Source of the DNA: a virus
Virus record (IMG/VR): IMGVR_UViG_3300025437_000011
Span: 1 to 64,000 of that record
Direction: 5' to 3' (one strand)
Length of the DNA: 64,000 bases
The position numbers were made by a program, and so were the translations under genes. Below, one piece after another: positions 50,053 through 59,615 of this stretch. Each line of letters opens with the position of its first letter. Position 1 is the first letter of the stretch. Under the pieces are notes generated by a model. It was not told the origin of the DNA, made no database searches, and saw nothing but the letters and a program-made list of their open reading frames with translations.

Positions 50053-50517
50053 ATGGAAATAGTAAAGTCATCAAAACTCAGCATTAACGAATCGGCAATT
50101 GTTGATAGTGCAATCAAGGCAGTTTTTCAAGCACAAAATCAACAGGTTGACTCCTATTTCCCAAATGTATCATATTTTATTTCCAATGATCCGAGTGAAC
50201 ATCCAAATTTAATAGTAAACATTAATGCATTAGAGGGTTCGCCGCTAAGTAAAATGAAAGAACTTAATAGAATTTTTGCCCATATCTTTCCCGGTTCATT
50301 TATAGAGCCAAGATATATTCTCGCCGCATATGAGAATCCAGCCATAGAACCTATTATTCAACACGCTCCCGTGGAGCCCGTGGTGGAAAATTCAATCACT
50401 GAAAAAGTTGAAGAACTAAAAAAAGAAGTTACACAATTAGAGACAGAGGTTGCCGATCCCGCTATTAAGATCAATACAGACTTAAATATTGAATCAGAAG
50501 GTTCTCATATTAATTAA
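50053..50517 (+). CDS. Hypothetical protein
   Basis: 154-aa ORF with acidic tail. Confidence 0.6.
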   Translation: MEIVKSSKLSINESAIVDSAIKAVFQAQNQQVDSYFPNVSYFISNDPSEHPNLIVNINALEGSPLSKMKELNRIFAHIFPGSFIEPRYILAAYENPAIEPIIQHAPVEPVVENSITEKVEELKKEVTQLETEVADPAIKINTDLNIESEGSHIN

Positions 50518-50558
50518 TTATTTTAAATATACGGTCTCCGGTATATAATACTAGAGAC

Positions 50559-51614
50559 ATGAGCACTGAAATTAAAAAAGTAATTGTAACCGGAATTACA
50601 GGACAGGACGGTAGTTACATGGTTGACTACTTATTAGAAAATACTAACCATGAGATCTATGGAGTGGTTAGGAGAACTAGTACATTAAATACTATTAATA
50701 TTTCTCAATTTCTTGATAATCCTAGATTCCACTTGTTCACCGGAGATTTATCGGATTCCCAAGCTATTGATAATTTAGTTAGAGAGATTGTCCCTGATTA
50801 TTTTATTAATTTAGCCGCACAAAGTTTTGTAGGCAGTAGCTGGCAAATCCCCGAACAGACTTTTGACGTTGGCGCAATGGGTGTATTGAGATGCCTTGAG
50901 GCCGTCCGAAAGCATGCGCCAAATTGCCGTTTTTATAATGCCGGATCTAGTGAAGAGCTTGGAAATGTAGATTACTCTCCACAAAATGAGAAACACCCCT
51001 TAAAACCAAGAAGCCCATACGGTGCCGCTAAAGCCGCCGCTAGACATCTTGTAAAAGTATATAGGGAAAGTTATAATCTTTATGCAATTCAAGGGCTATT
51101 ATATAATCACGAGTCCGAGCGTCGGGGAGAAGAATTTGTTACCAGAAAAATAACTAAAGCTGTTGGCAGAATTAGAAATTCATTAAATAATAATTTACCA
51201 TATTTACCCTTAGAGCTTGGAAATCTTGATGCAAAAAGAGACTGGAGTCATGCCCAAGATTTTGTTGATGGGATTTGGAAGATGTTAAACCAAGAGCAGC
51301 CAAGGGAATATATTTTGTCTTCTGGAGAAACACATACAGTTCGTGAGTTTGTAGAAAGGTCACTTGAAATTGCCGGAATCAAGGGGGAGTGGACAAACGA
51401 GGGAGTGAATGAAACCTATATCTATGGAGATGCTGTTTTAGTAAAAATTAACCCCGTATTCTACCGTCCGGCAGAAGTAGATCTTTTATGGGGAGACTCT
51501 ACCGAGGCTAGAATTAATTTAGGATGGCTGCCCCAAAACACTTTTACTGATTTAGTAAATAGAATGGTTAAAAATGATATAAATAGTATTTTACTTGAGA
51601 ATGGTCTAAAATAA
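50559..51614 (+). CDS. gmd: GDP-mannose 4,6-dehydratase
   Basis: TGITGQDGSY, NLAAQSFV, PRSPYGAAK, NHES.RRG..FVTRKIT, LGNLDAKRDW, YRPAEVDLL. Confidence 0.95.
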   Translation: MSTEIKKVIVTGITGQDGSYMVDYLLENTNHEIYGVVRRTSTLNTINISQFLDNPRFHLFTGDLSDSQAIDNLVREIVPDYFINLAAQSFVGSSWQIPEQTFDVGAMGVLRCLEAVRKHAPNCRFYNAGSSEELGNVDYSPQNEKHPLKPRSPYGAAKAAARHLVKVYRESYNLYAIQGLLYNHESERRGEEFVTRKITKAVGRIRNSLNNNLPYLPLELGNLDAKRDWSHAQDFVDGIWKMLNQEQPREYILSSGETHTVREFVERSLEIAGIKGEWTNEGVNETYIYGDAVLVKINPVFYRPAEVDLLWGDSTEARINLGWLPQNTFTDLVNRMVKNDINSILLENGLK

Positions 51615-51623
51615 GATTAGAAT
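51595..51623 (+). promoter_or_regulatory. Sigma70-type promoter TTGAGA-N17-TAGAAT
   Basis: -35 at 51595-51600, -10 at 51618-51623. Confidence 0.55.
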
Positions 51624-51627
51624 TTTT

Positions 51628-51816
51628 ATGGATGCAGAAAAGAAATTCAACACCTGTAAATTTAGATCTGAAAACGAAGAAGAAAGACTCGTTAAAAAGT
51701 GTAGCTGCAAAGGGGGAGGATCAACAACTCTTACTGGATTCTTCTGCAATAAAAGACAAATCTTTAAAATTACAAAAGAAGTCTGCCAACACTGCCCCCT
51801 GTACCAGCATAAATAA
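51628..51816 (+). CDS. Small Cys-rich protein
   Basis: Six Cys in 62 aa including CSC and CQHC. Confidence 0.55.
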   Translation: MDAEKKFNTCKFRSENEEERLVKKCSCKGGGSTTLTGFFCNKRQIFKITKEVCQHCPLYQHK

Positions 51817-52153
51817 GCGAGAATTTGTTTTAAAATTCGTTAAAGACTCTTCGGCCATAGTTTGGCCCAAGGAAATGAAAATGGTTAATACACTATTTAA
51901 AATAGCGCCAGATGATACATTTTGGAGATCTTTAGACTTGGGGTTTAAGCTTAACAGCCTATGCTGGTTCTTATCAGATGATGGCCGAAGGTTTCTAAAT
52001 ACAGAATATAAGAAGTTTAAATTTGAACCCGTTACGCCAGAAAAATTTCAATTAGAAAAAAATAATATTGTAATTAACGACAAATTAGGCGAAACTGTAG
52101 GAGCACCTATGACAGTGCGCGAATTTTTAACACTATGGCAAAAGAAGAACTAA
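51632..52153 (+). CDS. Hypothetical protein, start uncertain
   Basis: C-terminal part (KREFV...WPKEMK...LNSLCWF) looks globular; N-terminal part overlaps the Cys-rich ORF. Confidence 0.55.
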   Translation: MQKRNSTPVNLDLKTKKKDSLKSVAAKGEDQQLLLDSSAIKDKSLKLQKKSANTAPCTSINKREFVLKFVKDSSAIVWPKEMKMVNTLFKIAPDDTFWRSLDLGFKLNSLCWFLSDDGRRFLNTEYKKFKFEPVTPEKFQLEKNNIVINDKLGETVGAPMTVREFLTLWQKKN

Positions 52154-53238
52154 AATCATCAGGATCAAGCAAAGCAGTCCTTAACTCCTTCCTAAAGGAC
52201 ACTAAGGGTGAGCATTATAATTTTGAAGACGAAAAAACATTTAATGTATCTACAGGATCGCTACTACTAGACTCTGAAATGGGGGGGTCCTTGGAGGTTC
52301 CAGCCATTTTACGCTTTACCGGGGTAAGCGGCGGAGGTAAGACCAGTTCGGCACTTCTGATTATGAAAAATTTCTTAGATACAGTTCCCAACGCCAAGGG
52401 CTTCTTGATTAAGGCAGAAGGACGATTAAACTCTAACGTAAAGAACGTTTCTGGAATTAAATTTGTAGATAAGGCTGATAACTGGGAGAATGGAACATGC
52501 TTTGTTCTTAAAACAAATATCTATGAGAATATAGCTACAATTATTCTAGAACTTATTAAGAATAATCCTGATGGCTCTCGTTATTATTTTTTAATTGATA
52601 GTATGGATGCCCTTATTGCAAAAAATGATTCCCTAAAAGGGTTTGAAGATAGTCAAAAGGTAGCGGCGGGAGCAGTGATCAGTTCACACTTCTTAAAGCA
52701 AATTATGTTGCCACTATCTACTTTTGGCCATGTTTGTGCTCTAATCTCACAGGTTCGTTCAAATGTTCAAATTAATCCCTATGCAAAGTCAGATCCAAAA
52801 CTAACCAATAGTTCTGGCGGAAATGCTTTGCAGCACTATGCAGACTGGATTTTTGAATTTCAACCAAGATATAAGGCAGATCAGATTGTAGAAGATGGCA
52901 AAATTATCGGCCATTGGGCGAAGATTCTCCTAAGAAAAACAACAAACGAAAAAGAAGGCACAGAAATTTTATATCCAATTAGGCACGGAAGAACTGGCGG
53001 TAACTCCGTATGGATTGAATACGAAGTAGCAGATATGCTTATTCAATGGGGCTTTGCTAAGAAGGCGGGCGCATGGATTACCTTTGATGCTGGACTGTTG
53101 AAAGATATTAAAGATAATACGAAAATTGATTGTGAAGAAAAAGTTCAGGGTATGGAAAAACTACGCGAAATGCTAGAAGAAAAGAAAGAAATTTGCAACT
53201 ATCTTTTTCATAAATTCAAAGGAGCGCTCGCTAAATGA
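52135..53238 (+). CDS. RecA/UvsX-like recombinase
   Basis: STGSLLLD..MGG, Walker A GVSGGGKT, LIDSMDAL, ISQVR, SGGNALQHYA, KKAGAW. Confidence 0.88.
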   Translation: MAKEELKSSGSSKAVLNSFLKDTKGEHYNFEDEKTFNVSTGSLLLDSEMGGSLEVPAILRFTGVSGGGKTSSALLIMKNFLDTVPNAKGFLIKAEGRLNSNVKNVSGIKFVDKADNWENGTCFVLKTNIYENIATIILELIKNNPDGSRYYFLIDSMDALIAKNDSLKGFEDSQKVAAGAVISSHFLKQIMLPLSTFGHVCALISQVRSNVQINPYAKSDPKLTNSSGGNALQHYADWIFEFQPRYKADQIVEDGKIIGHWAKILLRKTTNEKEGTEILYPIRHGRTGGNSVWIEYEVADMLIQWGFAKKAGAWITFDAGLLKDIKDNTKIDCEEKVQGMEKLREMLEEKKEICNYLFHKFKGALAK

Positions 53239-54164
53239 GTCTATGCGCAAATATTGCAGTTAGAATAGAAGGCGGTATTGGTGATCACCTACTAGCAAAT
53301 AGGTTCGCAGCTTCTATTAGAGAAAAATGTCCAAATTCAAAAATTCATATGTACTCTGATACCGAAGGTGCGCCCAAGGCGGCAGAGTTACTATTTAAAT
53401 ATTTTCCATATATTTATAATTCTTATGAGATTTTACCTAAAAGACTAAACAAAAATCATACAATTAATTCACAATTTGGTAATGAATTATACCCCTCAGA
53501 TATACGAAATCTGCCCCAGAATTTCTTGGAAAAATTTCGACAAGCAGATAAATTTTATGATTTACATATAGATGGCTTAAGGTGGCTAGATGAAGATTTT
53601 GACTGGTATCGTTATTTTTATTTTTTTCCAAAACCAGTTTTTCAAGCTGAAAAACTAGAAGAAAAGCCCTTTATTTTAGCCAATCTCTATGCTCGTCCCA
53701 ATTCGTGCTACGGACTAAATGCTGAAAAAGTCGAAACTATATTAAATAGTTTATCTACCATTAGCAATGTTATCGTTCCAACAACGGAAGAAAATAAAGC
53801 ATTCTATAGTTTTAATAAAAACCCCTTAGTTGAAATAAGGGTAGCCGATCTAGATGAGGTGTTTTCCCTATCTAGTCAGTGCATAGCATTTTTAGGGATA
53901 GATTCCGGCATTAGGTGTATGCCCTATTATTTCGGAAAACCCACTTTTTACTTTACTCCCTTCTGCTCTTCTTATGGAAGCATAAGTTCGGCACATTTAT
54001 TGAGATGGGTTATCTTTGAAAAGAATGCCTTCCCGATGGACTTTAGTAGTGATAATGTTTTAAGTATTTTAAATACTGCAATAACACATAAAGCCGGAGT
54101 TTTACTGCCATATTTACCCTCCAGCACATTCAATAACCATATTATTAAAAGAATCTATGAATAA
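53235..54164 (+). CDS. Glycosyltransferase, GT9-like
   Basis: IEGGIGDHL and FLGIDSG...GKPT motifs. Confidence 0.7.
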   Translation: MSLCANIAVRIEGGIGDHLLANRFAASIREKCPNSKIHMYSDTEGAPKAAELLFKYFPYIYNSYEILPKRLNKNHTINSQFGNELYPSDIRNLPQNFLEKFRQADKFYDLHIDGLRWLDEDFDWYRYFYFFPKPVFQAEKLEEKPFILANLYARPNSCYGLNAEKVETILNSLSTISNVIVPTTEENKAFYSFNKNPLVEIRVADLDEVFSLSSQCIAFLGIDSGIRCMPYYFGKPTFYFTPFCSSYGSISSAHLLRWVIFEKNAFPMDFSSDNVLSILNTAITHKAGVLLPYLPSSTFNNHIIKRIYE

Positions 54165-55068
54165 AGTTTTATTTATAAACCATAAAAAACAAAAATGCGG
54201 AGTTTATCAGTTCGGTAAACTTACTTTTGAGGCAATAAGGTCTAGCAAAATTTTTGATTACAAATACGCAGAAGTAGAATCATTGCAGGAGTTTCAAAGC
54301 GCTTATATTAAAAATAGTCCGCATATAATACTATTTAATTATCATGATCAGACACAACCTTGGCTAACAGAACAAGTACTGAGTGAGCTACCATCTCATA
54401 TAAAAAAAATAGCAATCGGTGGACATGATTGTTTTGCTAATTTTGATTCTATAGATATACAAATTATCCCCGATCCAACAATAACAGAAACAAATAAAAT
54501 CAAAAAAGTTGATCGTTTAATTTTGGATTACGCCGCTATAGATGGCGTTATTCCTAACTCGGTTGGATCTTTTGGGTTTGGTTTTTTTGGGAAAGACTGG
54601 GGACGAATAATTCATATAGTTAACAGTTCTCCAGACATAAAATTATTAAGATTACATATTCCGTATAGTGATTTTGCCGACCCAAATGGACATACCTCTA
54701 CATACATAGCAAACTCATGCCGCCAACTCCTTGATCCTAGGATACATTTAGATATTTCTCATGAGTTCATGAGCATTCCTGATTTATTAAAATGGCTTTC
54801 AAGACATTCTATTAATATTTTTCCTTACGAAGAAATGAAAGGCAGGGGAATATCTTCTACAATTGATTTTGCACTTTCATGTAGAAGGCCTATCGGTATT
54901 TCTAAATCAGATATGTTTAGACATATATATCATAAACAAGAAATCTTGCTAGACAATAACTCCTTGCCTTCTATTATTAATAGCGGAATATCGCCGCTAA
55001 AGGATTTTTATAAGTGGGACGCAAATAACCTAACAAATCAGTATGATAAAATACTATCTTCAATTTAA
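54157..55068 (+). CDS. Glycosyltransferase, GT-B fold (GT4-like)
   Basis: CGVYQFG, GSFGFGFFGK, FPY...GISSTIDFALSCRRPI. Confidence 0.65.
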   Translation: MNKVLFINHKKQKCGVYQFGKLTFEAIRSSKIFDYKYAEVESLQEFQSAYIKNSPHIILFNYHDQTQPWLTEQVLSELPSHIKKIAIGGHDCFANFDSIDIQIIPDPTITETNKIKKVDRLILDYAAIDGVIPNSVGSFGFGFFGKDWGRIIHIVNSSPDIKLLRLHIPYSDFADPNGHTSTYIANSCRQLLDPRIHLDISHEFMSIPDLLKWLSRHSINIFPYEEMKGRGISSTIDFALSCRRPIGISKSDMFRHIYHKQEILLDNNSLPSIINSGISPLKDFYKWDANNLTNQYDKILSSI

Positions 55069-55110
55069 TTTGATTTAGTTATTAAACATATATATTATAT
55101 ATTACACAAT

Positions 55111-55473
55111 ATGGCGAACAGAAGAAAAACTATATTTTGTGATATAGATGGAACTCTAATAAAACACTTCCCCCCCTCTATTACTGCAAAAAATAAACAT
55201 TCAATAAAACCACTAAAAGGCACTCTAGATAAATTTTTGCAATGGGAAAGAGAAGGTCACTGTATAGTTTTAATAACCGCAAGAAAAGAATGTACCAGAA
55301 ATCAAACAGAAAAGCAGCTAGCTAATGCAGGGATTTTTTATGATAATTTAATTATGGGCATAGGTTCGGGTGAAAGATATTTAATAAATGATAAAAAAAT
55401 AGATAGTGACGCCGATACTGCTTTTGCTATAAATATAGCAAGAAATCAGGGTATAGCCGATGTTTCTATTTAA
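55111..55473 (+). CDS. Minimal HAD-family phosphatase (capsule-biosynthesis type)
   Basis: CDIDGTL, LITAR, YD.LIMG, LINDK. Confidence 0.8.
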   Translation: MANRRKTIFCDIDGTLIKHFPPSITAKNKHSIKPLKGTLDKFLQWEREGHCIVLITARKECTRNQTEKQLANAGIFYDNLIMGIGSGERYLINDKKIDSDADTAFAINIARNQGIADVSI

Positions 55474-56146
55474 AATGAAAAATAATTATATTATTGGTAT
55501 TTCTGGCGCGTCTGGAGTAGGAAAGACTACTCTTGCAAATTTAATTTCCTTGCTATTTAATAGAGATGAGGTATTAATTTTAAGTGGTGATGATTTACAC
55601 AAATGGGAAAGGCATAGTACAAACTGGAATACATATACACACTTTCATCCCGAAGCAAACAACTTGTCTTTAGGCTTTTCCGATTTACAAAATTTAAAGA
55701 GTGGCAATTCCATAAAAAGAAAAACTTATAATCACGATACGGGATTTTTCGATGAGTATCAGCACTTTAGCCCAAAACCATATATAATATATGAAGGTCT
55801 GCATTCTTTATATGGAGAAGATATTTTAAATTTAATTGACTTAAAAATATTCATAGATACCGATAATGAATTGACTAACGAGTGGAAAATTAAAAGAGAT
55901 ATTTTAAAAAGAGGATATACTACACAGCAAGTACAAGAAACAATAATTAGAAGACAGGAGGATAGACTAAAATATATACTTCCACAAAAAAATAACTCTG
56001 ATGTAGTTTTTACTTTTAAAAAATATCATAATAAAGTTGTTTTAGATTATATATTAATTAACGAACATCATGAGGATATAGTAAAAAAAATCAAACATCT
56101 ACATGATAGTCTGGTTCCAAGTCTTGGTGATGTTACAATTATTTAA
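55460..56146 (+). CDS. Phosphoribulokinase/uridine kinase-family P-loop kinase
   Basis: IGISGASGVGKTT, GDDLHKWER, YNHDTG.F, EGLH, KIKRD...RG. Confidence 0.8.
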   Translation: MFLFKMKNNYIIGISGASGVGKTTLANLISLLFNRDEVLILSGDDLHKWERHSTNWNTYTHFHPEANNLSLGFSDLQNLKSGNSIKRKTYNHDTGFFDEYQHFSPKPYIIYEGLHSLYGEDILNLIDLKIFIDTDNELTNEWKIKRDILKRGYTTQQVQETIIRRQEDRLKYILPQKNNSDVVFTFKKYHNKVVLDYILINEHHEDIVKKIKHLHDSLVPSLGDVTII

Positions 56147-56191
56147 ACTTTAGACAAATATCCCTGAACAGATTATAATTCATATTAATTT

Positions 56192-57031
56192 ATGAAAATT
56201 ATAATTCCAATGGCCGGAACTGGGGATAGGTTTGTAAAAAAAGGATACAAAGAACCCAAGCCTCTTATTAAGGTAGCCGGAAAGAGAATTATCGAATATA
56301 TCTTAGATATGTTTTCCCCAACAGAAGATGAAATTATATTTATTTGCAACAACAAGCATATCGAGGAGACAAATATGGAAACTGAGCTTAAAAAGCTAGT
56401 ACCAAATTGTAAAATTGTTTCCATACCTCCACACAAAAAAGGCCCAGTTCACACCGTAAAATACGCTTTCAATCTTATTGAAGACGATGAGCATGTTATA
56501 GTATCATATTGCGACAATCCGTTAGTATGGGATAGGTCAGATTTTGAGTTAAGTGTAAGCAAACTTGCTCTAGACGGTTGCGTCCTAACACACACAGGAT
56601 TTCATCCACACACATTAAATAATACTAAAATGGCTTTTCTAAAAACCGAAAATGGTTTAATGACAGAAATAAAAGAAAAAGAATGTTATACAGATAATCC
56701 AATGAACGAGCATGCGTCTACTGGTATTTACTATTTTAATACCGGAGCAATTTTGAAAAAATATTTTCAAGAAATAATTGATTTGGATATTAACCATAAT
56801 GGAGAATACTATGTAACGTTAGTATATAACCTATTACAGCGCGATGGTCTAAGGGTTGGGTACTATGATACACCTCATGTTACGGTTTTTGGCACCCCAG
56901 AAGAAGTAGAAAATTTTGAGGCATGGAATAATATTATTACAGGCGGTCAAATAAAAAATGAAAAAGATTTAATAAATTGCTATAATTACTGGAAGAATTA
57001 TCGAAACTTTAATACTAAAAATATTCTATGA
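56192..57031 (+). CDS. Sugar-phosphate nucleotidyltransferase-family protein
   Basis: IIPMAGTGDRF...PKPLI, YCD, EIKEK, STGIYYF, NGEYYV, FGTPEE. Confidence 0.85.
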   Translation: MKIIIPMAGTGDRFVKKGYKEPKPLIKVAGKRIIEYILDMFSPTEDEIIFICNNKHIEETNMETELKKLVPNCKIVSIPPHKKGPVHTVKYAFNLIEDDEHVIVSYCDNPLVWDRSDFELSVSKLALDGCVLTHTGFHPHTLNNTKMAFLKTENGLMTEIKEKECYTDNPMNEHASTGIYYFNTGAILKKYFQEIIDLDINHNGEYYVTLVYNLLQRDGLRVGYYDTPHVTVFGTPEEVENFEAWNNIITGGQIKNEKDLINCYNYWKNYRNFNTKNIL

Positions 57032-57471
57032 TAAAAATATCCCATCGTGGTAATATCAACAATATTGACCATACCAGAGAAAACAGTCCGTCATATATAG
57101 ACGAGGCAATTCGTATGGGGTATGATGTAGAAATAGATATAAGATTTATAAACGATCAATTATATCTTGGGCATGATATACCAGAGTATAAAATTGATAT
57201 TAACTTCCTAACAAAAAGGAAAGATAACTTATGGGTACATACTAAAGATTTTAAATCCTTAAGTAGATTAATTAGTTTGCCTTTAAGAATTTTCTTTCAC
57301 GAAAAAGAAGCACACACTATTATTCATAATACAAATTTAATATGGTCTCATAATCTTAATGAGTCAAATGAAAATTCTATTATACCCCTTCTAACAAGAC
57401 AGTCAATTTCAGAGTCTAGTAAATATATGCACGTATATGGAATATGCTCAGATTTTGTTGGTTTAATTTGA
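57028..57471 (+). CDS. Short GDPD/PLC-like phosphodiesterase-fold protein
   Basis: ISHRGN, ENSP, DVEID, LGHD, WVH.K, GICSD. Confidence 0.8.
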   Translation: MIKISHRGNINNIDHTRENSPSYIDEAIRMGYDVEIDIRFINDQLYLGHDIPEYKIDINFLTKRKDNLWVHTKDFKSLSRLISLPLRIFFHEKEAHTIIHNTNLIWSHNLNESNENSIIPLLTRQSISESSKYMHVYGICSDFVGLI

Positions 57472-57488
57472 TAATATAAATATATAAT

Positions 57489-58265
57489 ATGGATGCGATA
57501 ATTCAGGGGCCAATATACGTAAATGACACTCCTAGTGTTATTTATAATTTATTAAATACGTCTTTTATTGATCGGGTAATCGTTTCTTGCTGGGAAAGTT
57601 GCCCAGATATATTTCCCCTTAATGACCGAGTGATAGTTATTAAAAATAAACCCAATGCTAATTCTGGGTATCAAAACAGAAACTTACAAATTCAATCTAC
57701 AAAAGCTGGTTTAGAAAAAGTAACTTCAGAATATTGTGCAAAATTTAGATCTGACCAGATAATTGCAATATCAAGTTTAGAAATGATGAATAGATTCTTT
57801 CATAAGTTTAAAGAATCTAATCTTAGATATACCAATGGTCTCAAACCGAAATCTAAAATTTTTGTTTGTGGAGATTTTTGGCCATTACCATTTCATCCAA
57901 GAGATCATGTTTATTGGTCGGACACAGAAAGCATGAAAGTTTTATTTAGTTTGCCGTATGATGAATCACCAAAATTTGATACGGAGCGCTTTAATGAGGC
58001 AACACGCGCAGAAACATATATTGGTAGTTACTATTATGCAAAATTTAATAGTGAGATCTATAAAATGATCGAACAGCAAGGTACTTACCTATGGGATAAC
58101 GCCCCCAAAAGAAACGAGGCATTAGAACTATCACTTTCGATGAAAGACGAAGTTTTTAAAGTATTCCCAAGAATTGAGATGACTTGGCCCAAATATAATA
58201 TCTACGGATATAAATATAATGAGCAATCAGTATGGGAAAGATGGCACGATGAAAAATGGGACTAA
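57489..58265 (+). CDS. WavE-like polysaccharide synthesis protein (GT-A-like)
   Basis: IIQGP, VSCW, NRNLQIQSTKAGL, KFRSD, FHPRDH. Confidence 0.75.
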   Translation: MDAIIQGPIYVNDTPSVIYNLLNTSFIDRVIVSCWESCPDIFPLNDRVIVIKNKPNANSGYQNRNLQIQSTKAGLEKVTSEYCAKFRSDQIIAISSLEMMNRFFHKFKESNLRYTNGLKPKSKIFVCGDFWPLPFHPRDHVYWSDTESMKVLFSLPYDESPKFDTERFNEATRAETYIGSYYYAKFNSEIYKMIEQQGTYLWDNAPKRNEALELSLSMKDEVFKVFPRIEMTWPKYNIYGYKYNEQSVWERWHDEKWD

Positions 58266-58370
58266 TATGAAGACAGTTTTTATTACTACATATTCTTCCA
58301 GAAGAAATTTTAAAGAAAAAAGTTTATTTTAGATTTAAATTATTGTATACTGTAGTATATAAACACGCTT

Positions 58371-59615
58371 ATGAATATCAAATATAGACAAACTTGCAGA
58401 ATTTGTGGGAACCCTAATTTAGCACCAGTAATAGACTTGGGGAACCAGTATTTTCAAGGGTCTTTTATTAAAGATGGCGTTACACCTCCTGCCACAAGAA
58501 AAACGCCCAACTTGATTGTTCGATGCGATACATCTAAATTCGAAGATGCGTGTGGTCTAATACAAACGCGTCATTCCGTCCCTGCTGATATATTATACAG
58601 CAACTATTGGTATCAGTCTGGTATCAGTAATACAATGAGAACTCATCTTAAAAATATTGTAGACGAATGCCTTAAAATTACCAATCTCTCCGAGGGTACT
58701 GTTCTAGATATAGCGTCAAATGACAACACTCTTTTAAGAAACTACCCCACAACTTTTAAAAAAGTTGGCGTTGACCCCTCTGATATTGCAGGAAAACAAA
58801 CTGATGAAGACATAAGAGTTATCAATACTGTTTTTCCTACGGAGAAACTTACAAATGAAAAGTTTGATATTGTAACTTCCATAGCATGTTATTATGACGT
58901 TGAAGATCCAAAGTTTTTTGCTGAACAGGTGAGAGATCATTTAAATAATGATGGTATCTGGGTTTTTGAAGTTGCCTATTGGCCGCTAATGTTATCTAAC
59001 CTATCTTATGATAGTATTGTTAATGAACATATTATTCACTATCACCTCGCCCCACTGGAGATCATGATGAATAAAATAGGACTAAAAATTTTTAATGCAA
59101 GGAAAACCACTACAAATGGTGGAAGCATAATGGTATATATTTGCAAGTCTGAAAATACGAAATATGATCTAAAGGAAAACAAGGAGCGCCTCTTGACATT
59201 AAGACTAGAAGAATTTAATTCGGCTCTGGATGAGGAAAGCACTTATGTACTTTTTAGAGAAAAAGTCGAACAACAAAAAAATGATTTGCAATCTTTAATT
59301 AAAAAGATCCAAGCCGAAGGTAAAACCGTGCACATCTATGGTGCATCAACAAAACTTAACACCATTTTAGGATATTGCGACCTTGGCCCAGAGTCAATAG
59401 AATATGCGGCAGAACGTAGTCCAGATAAATTTGGCGCAAAAACCATTAGCGGAATTAAACTTATTTCCGAAGAGGAGAGTCGCGCAATGAAACCAGATTA
59501 TTATTTAGTTGGCCCATATCATTTTAAAGAAGAAATTCTAGCAAGAGAACAAGATACCATAAATTCTGGCACAAAGTTTATTTTCCCACTACCCACTGTG
59601 ACAATAGTTGGATGA
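58371..59615 (+). CDS. NDP-sugar C-methyltransferase (SAM-dependent, Zn-binding N-terminus)
   Basis: CRICG, DLG.Q, Y.Y.SG, VLDIASND..LL, EH..HY, GGS, YGASTK, PDY, G.KFIFPLP. Confidence 0.85.
   Translation: MNIKYRQTCRICGNPNLAPVIDLGNQYFQGSFIKDGVTPPATRKTPNLIVRCDTSKFEDACGLIQTRHSVPADILYSNYWYQSGISNTMRTHLKNIVDECLKITNLSEGTVLDIASNDNTLLRNYPTTFKKVGVDPSDIAGKQTDEDIRVINTVFPTEKLTNEKFDIVTSIACYYDVEDPKFFAEQVRDHLNNDGIWVFEVAYWPLMLSNLSYDSIVNEHIIHYHLAPLEIMMNKIGLKIFNARKTTTNGGSIMVYICKSENTKYDLKENKERLLTLRLEEFNSALDEESTYVLFREKVEQQKNDLQSLIKKIQAEGKTVHIYGASTKLNTILGYCDLGPESIEYAAERSPDKFGAKTISGIKLISEEESRAMKPDYYLVGPYHFKEEILAREQDTINSGTKFIFPLPTVTIVG

Noticed and set aside
55460-56146. Calvin-cycle phosphoribulokinase as an auxiliary metabolic gene
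   Set aside because: Protein is short and embedded among sugar-nucleotide genes; substrate cannot be assigned from motifs.
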